A stretch of DNA of 64,000 nucleotides. Origin: an uncultured virus (IMG/VR IMGVR_UViG_3300036760_000336). Taxonomy: Duplodnaviria > Heunggongvirae > Uroviricota > Caudoviricetes. Below, piece after piece: positions 45,484-53,167 of this stretch. The stretch's first letter is position 1, and each line of letters starts with the position of its first letter. The position numbers and the translations under genes are program-made. Location of the stretch: IMG/VR virus record IMGVR_UViG_3300036760_000336, positions 1 to 64,000 of that record; one strand, 5' to 3'. A model generated the notes under the pieces. That model was not told where the DNA came from. It ran no database searches and saw only the letters and a list, made by a program, of their open reading frames with translations.

Positions 45484-45666
45484 ATGAAAAGAGTTTACAA
45501 ACCAAAAGTTTGTATAGACAATGATTACGTTTCATTACCTATTGTAAATACTGATAATGCTACAATAAAACTTTGGAATGTTGAAAAAGATAATTTTGTT
45601 ACTATCACATTCGAAGTCGTTGAAGCACTGTATAAATTAATTCAGAAAAAGAAAGATAAATTGTGA
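45484..45666 (+). CDS. hypothetical protein
   Basis: 60-aa ORF in operon, GTGA overlap with the next gene. Confidence 0.55.
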   Translation: MKRVYKPKVCIDNDYVSLPIVNTDNATIKLWNVEKDNFVTITFEVVEALYKLIQKKKDKL

Positions 45667-45923
45667 AAAAAGTAAATTTAACACAAATAATTGATGCTCA
45701 AATATGGGCCAAAGAATGGCTTAAAATAATCAAAAAGCATCCAAATATTCCGACAGACGAAGGTACAATGATTAGTTGGTTTGCCAACGCAATCATGGCG
45801 GGGTATGATGAAGCAAATAAAAGATGCAAATGTGATCCATATGCAAAAGAATGTTGTGATATTTGTACAGGATATACTAACGCAAAAGTACATGGGAAAC
45901 TAAAAGATAAAGTTGGAGCATGA
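45663..45923 (+). CDS. hypothetical protein
   Basis: DAQIWAKEW...WFANAIMAGYD, Cys-rich tail. Confidence 0.6.
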   Translation: MKKVNLTQIIDAQIWAKEWLKIIKKHPNIPTDEGTMISWFANAIMAGYDEANKRCKCDPYAKECCDICTGYTNAKVHGKLKDKVGA

Positions 45924-47002
45924 ATCTAACGCCTAAAGAAAAATCTAAACTTGTCAATATTTTCAAGAACCGTGAATCCCAGATCCAGGAGATTCATGAT
46001 AATTGGAAAAGAACTACCGACTCTGACGTTCTCTTAGTTGATGGTACTAATACTTTTATTCGTTGCTGGTCGGCAAATCCGGCAATGGACGAAAATGGAA
46101 ATCATACGGGTGGTATTGTGGGATTTTTGAAGTCAATTGGTTATGCTATCAAACTTCTTGCATCTACACGATGTATTATTGTGTTTGATGGGGTTGGCGG
46201 GTCTTTCAAAAGGAGACAACTTTTTCCAGAATATAAAGAACACCGCAAAGGACGCATTAGACTCAACCGTTCTTATGAAGAAATGTCTGATGCACCTACA
46301 GAAGAAGAAAGTTGCCGAAAGCAATACCAACGAATGGTCAATTATCTGCAAATTTTACCAGTAAATCTTCTTTCCATCGATCATGTTGAGGCAGACGATG
46401 TTATAGCTTTTCTTGCTACAGAATATTTTAGGGCGTCAAGAAAAGTATATATTATGTCGTCTGATAAGGATTTTCTCCAATTATGTACAGGTAATATCAA
46501 TGTTTACTCACCTACTAAAAAACGTATTTATGGCACCCCTCAAATTCTTGAAGATTACCAAATTCACCCCAATAATTTTGTCTTATACCGTGCTTTAGAT
46601 GGCGATGCTTCTGATAACGTTAATGGTATCGAAGGCGCAGGTCCAAAGACTATCGTAAAACATTTCCCGTGGCTCAATGAAGATGTCAAACATACTATTG
46701 ATGAAGTAATTTCTCATGCAATTAATTTGAGAAACAAGTATAAAGTCTGCGAAAATATTGCCGAAGGCCGTCTAATTTTGGAAAGAAATATGGCACTTAT
46801 GCAGTTGAGAGAAACCGCCCTTACGACCGCTGCACAACTTCATTGTATTGGGTGTCTGGATACCAAGAAAATACCCAAACTTGATAGGAATGCGTTTTAC
46901 AAACTGGTTCGGGATGATTTATTGGAAAATGTTCTTCCCAATCATGTGACTTGGGTAAGTGAAGTTTTTGATCCATTAGATAGAGTAACCAGAAGTGAAT
47001 AA
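45920..47002 (+). CDS. 5'-3' exonuclease / flap endonuclease (T4 RNase H-like)
   Basis: LLVDG.N, VFDG...R...YK..R, EADD, SSDKD, GD.SDN..GI.G.GPKT. Confidence 0.92.
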   Translation: MNLTPKEKSKLVNIFKNRESQIQEIHDNWKRTTDSDVLLVDGTNTFIRCWSANPAMDENGNHTGGIVGFLKSIGYAIKLLASTRCIIVFDGVGGSFKRRQLFPEYKEHRKGRIRLNRSYEEMSDAPTEEESCRKQYQRMVNYLQILPVNLLSIDHVEADDVIAFLATEYFRASRKVYIMSSDKDFLQLCTGNINVYSPTKKRIYGTPQILEDYQIHPNNFVLYRALDGDASDNVNGIEGAGPKTIVKHFPWLNEDVKHTIDEVISHAINLRNKYKVCENIAEGRLILERNMALMQLRETALTTAAQLHCIGCLDTKKIPKLDRNAFYKLVRDDLLENVLPNHVTWVSEVFDPLDRVTRSE

Positions 47003-47049
47003 AATGAACTCAAAAAATCGAAGAATAGAAAATAGATTGAAGAGACATA

Positions 47050-47424
47050 TTGATAAATGACGATTGGAAGAAGAATATGAGAGGATTATTGAAAGAAACA
47101 GAAATAAGGACATGCTCTCACAACGAGAGGAGAGGATGCGTCGTTTCATACGAGACGATTTATGAGAAAAAGTTGGAAGTAGATAGTAAGATCCTGTTAC
47201 CAACAGTAGTTGGTCGTTTTGTTTTTACGGTAATAAAAATAGAAGGCGACATGGCAACACTTGAATCTGGTTCTGAAATGGCCCGAATGGAGAGGATCGG
47301 GAAGAACCGATGGAGGTACAACAATATCACTATGAATAAAAATATGAAAGTTAGAGTAACCGTAGTAGATGAACTACCACCAAAACCGGCGACGAATATA
47401 GGGTTTTCAAAGACGTATAAATAA
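47050..47424 (+). CDS. hypothetical protein (true start uncertain; likely near 47162)
   Basis: 3' part looks like a natural beta-rich protein; 5' part overlaps an alternative reading frame. Confidence 0.5.
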   Translation: MINDDWKKNMRGLLKETEIRTCSHNERRGCVVSYETIYEKKLEVDSKILLPTVVGRFVFTVIKIEGDMATLESGSEMARMERIGKNRWRYNNITMNKNMKVRVTVVDELPPKPATNIGFSKTYK

Positions 47425-47435
47425 AGAATTATATT

Positions 47436-48260
47436 ATGAAAATTAGATCATATTTGATAAATGAAAATAAGTTTGGGAAGAGTGTTGTTGGTTCAGCATT
47501 TTGGGATGCCCGATGGTTTTTATATTTTGGATATAAAAGAACTCTCAATGTGGAGTGGCAACTATTTCATCGAGCCAGAAGTCATTTTTCATGTACAACA
47601 GAACTGGGACATGGAGATGGAGATGATGGATTGATGTTGCATATGGCAATCCCGTGGATTTTTTCAGTATTCATATCTTTTGACGGAATATTTGGAACGC
47701 TATTTCATCATCCAAATGAGCCTCGGGAGGTCGGCATTTCTATATTTGATGGGGCAATATGGTTTTATCCATTTTCCAAAGTCAATTCGTGGAATAGTAA
47801 AGATCCGTGGTATTCTCAATCTCATTGTTTTCGCCTAATAGAGTTTTTGTTTGGTAGATGGAAATATACAGAAGAAAATGTCGATCCTTGGAAACCCATC
47901 GTAGTTGCTATGCCCGAAGGGAAATATAAAGGAAAGTTACGATTATATGATGGAGTATGGAAAAATCGTATTAGAACAAAACGCATTCGCCGTGGAGAAA
48001 TAGAAATGGAAGAAGGTATTCCGGTTCCTGGAAAAGGAGAAAATTCATGGGATTGTGGCGAAGATGCCTTCCACGGAACAACTTGTCCTGCCATTACTCC
48101 AGAAGAAGCGATCTGCTCTTTAATCGAAGGTGTTATGCGTGACAGAAGAAAATATGGAAATTACAATAGCATGTTTGATTATGTTCCAGAGCAAAAGCAT
48201 GTTAGATATAAGGAAATTCCTAATGGCAAAAATTATAAAGCATCTGTAGAAAGTAGTTAA
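47436..48260 (+). CDS. hypothetical protein
   Basis: 274-aa aromatic-rich ORF, GKGENSWDCGEDA motif. Confidence 0.75.
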   Translation: MKIRSYLINENKFGKSVVGSAFWDARWFLYFGYKRTLNVEWQLFHRARSHFSCTTELGHGDGDDGLMLHMAIPWIFSVFISFDGIFGTLFHHPNEPREVGISIFDGAIWFYPFSKVNSWNSKDPWYSQSHCFRLIEFLFGRWKYTEENVDPWKPIVVAMPEGKYKGKLRLYDGVWKNRIRTKRIRRGEIEMEEGIPVPGKGENSWDCGEDAFHGTTCPAITPEEAICSLIEGVMRDRRKYGNYNSMFDYVPEQKHVRYKEIPNGKNYKASVESS

Positions 48261-48273
48261 AAGTGGATATTTT

Positions 48274-49071
48274 ATGACTACTATTGATATAAGACATGGA
48301 GATTTCTTGGTGAGAGAAAAAGATATACTTGATAATTCGATAGACCTTATTGTAACAAGTCCTCCTTATAATGCGAAACAATTTTATACAAACTATAATG
48401 ATAACCAGGAATTCACAATGTATTATGCTTGGTTAAAGGCGGTATGCAAGGGAATGTATAGAATAATCAAACCAAATTCAAGTATTTTCATAAATATCTG
48501 TGACATAGGAATATCTAATGGTGAAGCAAGCGGAATTCATAAGATTGGCAACCGAGGAAATTTTTATGTGGAGCCGACACATATTGTGATTATTGGAGAG
48601 ATGATATCGCTCGGTGCTCAATATTTACATCCGATTTTTTGGAAGAAACCGAGCAATCATAATAGTCAGTTTGGAGCAAATGCTCGTTTTTGTGGAACAT
48701 ATCCATATCCTAAAAATTGCCATGTTCCATCAGAAATAGAATACATTCTTCATTTTAGGAAAAATGGCATTTACAAAAAAGTGGATAGAGATAAGAAATT
48801 GAAGTCTAAAGTTTCAAAAGAGAGATGGTTACAATTATCATCTCAAGTGTGGGAATTCAATGGGGTTCAGAGAAAAGATCACCCGGCACCATTTCCATTA
48901 GAACTTCCTCTTCGATGTATTGAGGGATGGTCTTTTATAGAAGATTTGGTGCTTGATCCATTTGTGGGAATAGGAACTACAGCATTGGCTTGCAAGAAAC
49001 TTAACAGAAACTTTATCGGATTTGACATCTCTGATGAGTACTGTCGTATCGCTCGGCAAAGTATAGAATAA
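48274..49071 (+). CDS. N4-cytosine/N6-adenine DNA methyltransferase (beta class)
   Basis: IDLIVTSPPY catalytic motif, HPAPFP..L, VLDPFVGIGTT SAM motif. Confidence 0.92.
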   Translation: MTTIDIRHGDFLVREKDILDNSIDLIVTSPPYNAKQFYTNYNDNQEFTMYYAWLKAVCKGMYRIIKPNSSIFINICDIGISNGEASGIHKIGNRGNFYVEPTHIVIIGEMISLGAQYLHPIFWKKPSNHNSQFGANARFCGTYPYPKNCHVPSEIEYILHFRKNGIYKKVDRDKKLKSKVSKERWLQLSSQVWEFNGVQRKDHPAPFPLELPLRCIEGWSFIEDLVLDPFVGIGTTALACKKLNRNFIGFDISDEYCRIARQSIE

Positions 49072-49088
49072 ATTAGCTATCAAATAGT

Positions 49089-49132
49089 AAAGTTCCTTGC
49101 CAGAATTTATGATGCTACCGGCAAGGAACTTT
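49089..49132. terminator. bidirectional terminator between convergent genes
   Basis: AAAGTTCCTTGCC / GGCAAGGAACTTT 13-bp inverted repeat. Confidence 0.75.
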
Positions 49133-49151
49133 CTGTAATTTCTAAGAAATA

Positions 49152-50180
49152 CTAACTTTTCCACCCTCTTGGGGGAATTGCGTATTTGCTATCTTTGAAT
49201 GGTTCGGGAAAACTGACTTGTTTTTCATTTCCCATTGGAACACCCATTTCAATCAAAGATTGTCGACTGGCATAATAGATATTTGTAGTAAATGTAAGTA
49301 TGCCTTTTTCGAATTCAACTTCAATAACTCTACTCTCCTTTGCTTCACCAAAGCGGGTTCCCATGTCGAATCCCCCGGGTTCAACAGTGGAGCAGAAGTT
49401 AACGGTAACAGGAGTTGCCGAAGTCTGTTCGATGCATCCAAGGGTTTGACTACTATTGAGGGATTGACCTTTAACAGCACTAGTTCCGGTAGAGGACAAT
49501 TTATTGAAACTTGTTGCATTACGAGAACGAAGAGGAGCACTTACGCCCCCTCTTGCTCCGATTTTGCTAGAATGATAATTATTTGTTCTACTATCGGCAA
49601 GAGAATTCATTGTGTATGTATCGGAACTTCCCATTCCAGCGGTTCCACTATAAGTATTACTACACCAAATAGTCGGAGGAGGAGTGTATGAAGTAGTCCA
49701 AGGAGACTTCCAGGGCCAATATGGACGATCCCACCAATAATCCCAATCATTGTAACGATTGTGGTGATGATGATGTTCTTCTCTAATTATAATCGGTTGT
49801 GGTTTTTCCTTTTCTTGAAAAATACGAACGCCGATTACCCCGACATTTCTCTCAGAGCCATCCTCTTTGGAGGCGGCATAAGAGCGATTTTTGTAATCAA
49901 AAACGAATTTAGCAACAGTTTCATTGGAAACACGAAACCCATCGAGCTTCAACGAACCATATCCGTTTATGACGTACCCATTTCCGTTTTCTGTTGCTGC
50001 TTTTCCGTTGAGGGCATCCAATCCATCAACAGATGTAACGGCAAGAATACGTTGCCAGGTGTTGTTTTTGATTTCGATACTGTACTCAGAGCCATGTTTG
50101 GCTTCTACGAACAGTTGACCATTGTGATTATATTGACGGCAACGATTGCCGTTGACAAGTATATTAACTTCGTAAGACAT
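49152..50180 (-). CDS. hypothetical protein, Ig-like beta N-terminus with low-complexity middle
   Basis: Y.I.IKN...R...V.SVDG, GVIGVRIF.E, His5 run, MGT.FG; AAGGA SD. Confidence 0.8.
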   Translation of the reverse strand: MSYEVNILVNGNRCRQYNHNGQLFVEAKHGSEYSIEIKNNTWQRILAVTSVDGLDALNGKAATENGNGYVINGYGSLKLDGFRVSNETVAKFVFDYKNRSYAASKEDGSERNVGVIGVRIFQEKEKPQPIIIREEHHHHHNRYNDWDYWWDRPYWPWKSPWTTSYTPPPTIWCSNTYSGTAGMGSSDTYTMNSLADSRTNNYHSSKIGARGGVSAPLRSRNATSFNKLSSTGTSAVKGQSLNSSQTLGCIEQTSATPVTVNFCSTVEPGGFDMGTRFGEAKESRVIEVEFEKGILTFTTNIYYASRQSLIEMGVPMGNEKQVSFPEPFKDSKYAIPPRGWKS

Positions 50181-50255
50181 ACGATTTTCCTTTCTTTAGT
50201 TGAGGTTCTAAAGCTTTGGCCGCTCATACTGCGGATTTCAGCTTTGTTACGCCAA

Positions 50256-50284
50256 TATATAACAGACCACAACGAAAATGTCAA
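50256..50284 (-). promoter_or_regulatory. sigma70-type promoter TTGACA-17-TATATA
   Basis: upstream of 49152..50180. Confidence 0.6.
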
Positions 50285-50335
50285 GCTTTTTCCGGATAAA
50301 AATAACCAATCTTGAAAGTTACGATTTATTATAAG

Positions 50336-50364
50336 TTTACATTGGGATGATAGTCGGGTAGAAT
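50336..50364 (+). promoter_or_regulatory. sigma70-type promoter TTTACA-17-TAGAAT
   Basis: upstream of the methyltransferase gene at 50386. Confidence 0.55.
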
Positions 50365-50385
50365 GCAAGACACAATAAAAGAAGT

Positions 50386-50871
50386 ATGGCATTGTTCAAT
50401 AATAAATTTGCGTCTATTAGACAAGATTGGAATACGCCAAGACCGTTGTTTGACAAATTGAATAAGGAATTTAACTTTGAATGGGATCTGGCGGCAACCA
50501 AAGAAAATGCTTTATGCAACAAATTCTATTCTAAAGAAAATGATGGACTGAAACAGAAATGGAGTGGAAATTGCTGGTGCAATCCTCCATATGGAGATAG
50601 AAATAGTAAAATGGTAGATTGGATTAAGAAATCTTACAATGATACACAATCCAATCTCAATTTAACAGTTGTTATGTTAATTCCCAATAGATCTAATACT
50701 AATTGGTTTGTTAATTATATTGCTAAATCGCATGAAGTTAGATTTATTACCGGGAGGCCCAGATTTGGAAATACCATACATGGTTTACCACAACCTCTTT
50801 TAATTGTGATTTTTAAGAAATCCGAAACGCCTACAAAATGGTGTTGTTGGAAATATGAGGAAAAAATATAA
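50386..50871 (+). CDS. phage Dam-family N6-adenine DNA methyltransferase
   Basis: DW.TP..LF..L..EF.F..D.AA, WCNPPY, VMLIP.R..T.WF, GR..F. Confidence 0.88.
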   Translation: MALFNNKFASIRQDWNTPRPLFDKLNKEFNFEWDLAATKENALCNKFYSKENDGLKQKWSGNCWCNPPYGDRNSKMVDWIKKSYNDTQSNLNLTVVMLIPNRSNTNWFVNYIAKSHEVRFITGRPRFGNTIHGLPQPLLIVIFKKSETPTKWCCWKYEEKI

Positions 50872-50901
50872 ATTTTCTTGGAGTTTTTTGCTTGGAGTAA
50901 T

Positions 50902-50910
50902 ATATTTATA
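50902..50910 (+). promoter_or_regulatory. candidate late promoter ATATTTATA
   Basis: followed by AAGGAG and ATG 50925. Confidence 0.5.
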
Positions 50911-50924
50911 GAAAGGAGTATATT

Positions 50925-51080
50925 ATGGGGCGAAAATTAAAATACAAAACAAATGATGAACAACTTGAAGCACAACGAAGATGGAGACGAGAATGGTATT
51001 ACCGAAATAAATTCCAAGTCAATAAAGAGCGAATGCGAAAATACTATGTTGATAAAAATATGGACAAGAAATTGCCCTGA
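50925..51080 (+). CDS. 51-aa basic protein (not in ORF track)
   Basis: AAGGAG SD; MGRKLKYKTNDEQLEAQRRWRREWYYRNKFQVNKERMRKYYVDKNMDKKLP. Confidence 0.65.
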   Translation: MGRKLKYKTNDEQLEAQRRWRREWYYRNKFQVNKERMRKYYVDKNMDKKLP

Positions 51081-51663
51081 ATGTGGAAAAGAAATATTTC
51101 ATTCTAGAAGAGACCATCGGAATTATTTTCAGAAAATAAATGCTAGATGTAAATCTTGTTCTAAAAAGTCAGAAAATAATCCCCAATATGGAAAACTGTT
51201 GACTGATGTATGTCGTAAGAAAATAAGTAATAGGTTAAAGGGGAAAGTCCCACGAAATATTGAACTTATACTGTGGAGAAATCATCATAAAATTTTTACC
51301 AATGACACTCGGTATAAAATGAGACTGTCTCGTATAAAATATTTACAGTCATGTTTAGGTCAAATTTTTCCAACATATAACAAAGTTGCTTGTAATTATT
51401 TTTCTCTACTCGATAAACAGCGGGGATGGAATGGACAGTATGCTACGAACGGTGGTGAGTATTTTATAAGAGACCTTGGATATTGGGTAGATTATTATGA
51501 ACCAATGTTAAATATAGTAATTGAATATGATGAACCTAAACATTATAGGAATGGGAAGTTATTAGAACGGGATATTCGCCGAATGAAAGAAATACAGAAT
51601 TTTCTAAAATGTGATTTTTATAGATATAAAGAAGAAACGAAAGAATTGAAAAAATATGAATGA
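51046..51663 (+). CDS. putative homing endonuclease, paralog of 8695..9423
   Basis: WTRNCPEC..C.SC, NP.YGK, YN..AC..F, NGGE, WVDYYE...NIVIEYDE..H; start moved to ATG 51046. Confidence 0.7.
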   Translation: MLIKIWTRNCPECGKEIFHSRRDHRNYFQKINARCKSCSKKSENNPQYGKLLTDVCRKKISNRLKGKVPRNIELILWRNHHKIFTNDTRYKMRLSRIKYLQSCLGQIFPTYNKVACNYFSLLDKQRGWNGQYATNGGEYFIRDLGYWVDYYEPMLNIVIEYDEPKHYRNGKLLERDIRRMKEIQNFLKCDFYRYKEETKELKKYE

Positions 51664-53053
51664 AAATGAAACTAATACCTTTGTAAAATTTGGAAAAATT
51701 TTCCAGAATAAATGCCTTGCTGCGTTGATATCTGACCGTGCGTTTTTAGAAAGAATACTGGATATTTTATCACCAGATTTTTTTGAGACGGACGCTCAAC
51801 GTTGGCTTGTCAAATTCATTATGGATTATTTCCCGAAATATCGTGAAATACCCACAGCAGAAGTATTTGCCATCGAAATTCAAAGATTACCCGATACGGA
51901 TGGTATAATGAGAGAGGCAATGAAAGAGCAAGTTAAATCAGCATATCGTCAAATGGCTGCGGCAGATATTGTATATGTCAAAGAAGAGTTTCTTGAATTC
52001 TGCAAGAATCAAAAATTGAAATCGGCGCTTTACGAAGCAACCCGGTTACTTAAAATAGCCGATTATGCTGGCATTTGGAATATTATCAATGAAGCCAGCA
52101 AAGCTGGTATGGAAAGAAACATTGGCCACGAGTATTTGAAAGAAACTGATGGTCGTTTAAGTGAAGAAGCAAGAGAAGTCATCAAAACGAATTGGGATAC
52201 TATTGATATTCATCTTGACGGCGGGTTGGGTAAAGGTGAACTTGGATTTGTTGTAGCACCAGCGGGAAGCGGAAAGACGTGGTTTCTTACTCATATAGGA
52301 GCGGAAGCAATGCGTCAGGGCAAAACTGTTCTACATTTTACAATGGAACTTAATGAGAAGTATGTTGGACGCAGGTATGATGCATACTTTTCGGGCTATG
52401 CTTTTCAGGAAGTTCGGAATCATCCGGATAAAGTCAAAGAGACATTGAAAGATATCACGGGAAAACTGTTCATTAAATACTTCCCGATGAATACCGCCAC
52501 GGCATTGACTTTGAAGATGCATGTGGAACGTCTCCAACTTATAACAGGAGTCAAGATTGATCTGGTCATTGTGGATTATGCAGATTTGCTTCGTCCTTCG
52601 GTGATTTACAAGCACCCAAGTCTATATGAAGAGGGTGGCAGTATTTATGGCGAGCTTCGAGGAGTTGCTGGCGAGTTACAACTTCCTGTCTGGTCTGCAT
52701 CACAGGCGAATCGAGGAGCACACGAAGAGGAATTGGTCAGCGCACTCAATGTTGCTGATAGTTACAAGAAAATCATGATTGGTGATTTCATTATGTCTCT
52801 GGGACGAACGACTGAACATAAACTTGCTGGAACCGGAACTGTTGCTATAATTAAAAGTCGATTTGGTTCTGATGGTCCGGTATATGCTTGTTCGTTCGAT
52901 GCTTCTATGGGAGCCATTAAAATTTACGATACGAAGTCGGTAGAAGGAATGGAAATTTTAAATAGGACGAAGAGTGCCCAAGAAAGCATTAAAGATATTC
53001 TTCGTAAACGTTGGAAAGAAACGCATGATAATAACAACGGTACGTCGGACTAA
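51656..53053 (+). CDS. replicative DNA helicase (DnaB/T4 gp41-like)
   Basis: GGLGKGEL, APAGSGKT Walker A, TMEL, IVDYAD, WSASQANR, KSRFG. Confidence 0.92.
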   Translation: MNENETNTFVKFGKIFQNKCLAALISDRAFLERILDILSPDFFETDAQRWLVKFIMDYFPKYREIPTAEVFAIEIQRLPDTDGIMREAMKEQVKSAYRQMAAADIVYVKEEFLEFCKNQKLKSALYEATRLLKIADYAGIWNIINEASKAGMERNIGHEYLKETDGRLSEEAREVIKTNWDTIDIHLDGGLGKGELGFVVAPAGSGKTWFLTHIGAEAMRQGKTVLHFTMELNEKYVGRRYDAYFSGYAFQEVRNHPDKVKETLKDITGKLFIKYFPMNTATALTLKMHVERLQLITGVKIDLVIVDYADLLRPSVIYKHPSLYEEGGSIYGELRGVAGELQLPVWSASQANRGAHEEELVSALNVADSYKKIMIGDFIMSLGRTTEHKLAGTGTVAIIKSRFGSDGPVYACSFDASMGAIKIYDTKSVEGMEILNRTKSAQESIKDILRKRWKETHDNNNGTSD

Positions 53054-53167
53054 ATATCATTCCAAATTTTCATAATGCAATTGGAAAGAAAATATTTTGG
53101 TTGCGTTACGAATTAGAAATATCTACTTATACTTTGCTAACCAAAAAAGAATTTCAATAGAGTCAAT

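Noticed and set aside
50953..51045. N-terminal 31 aa of the annotated 236-aa ORF
   Set aside because: It overlaps the SD-supported mini-ORF, and the paralog at 8695 indicates a start at ATG 51046.
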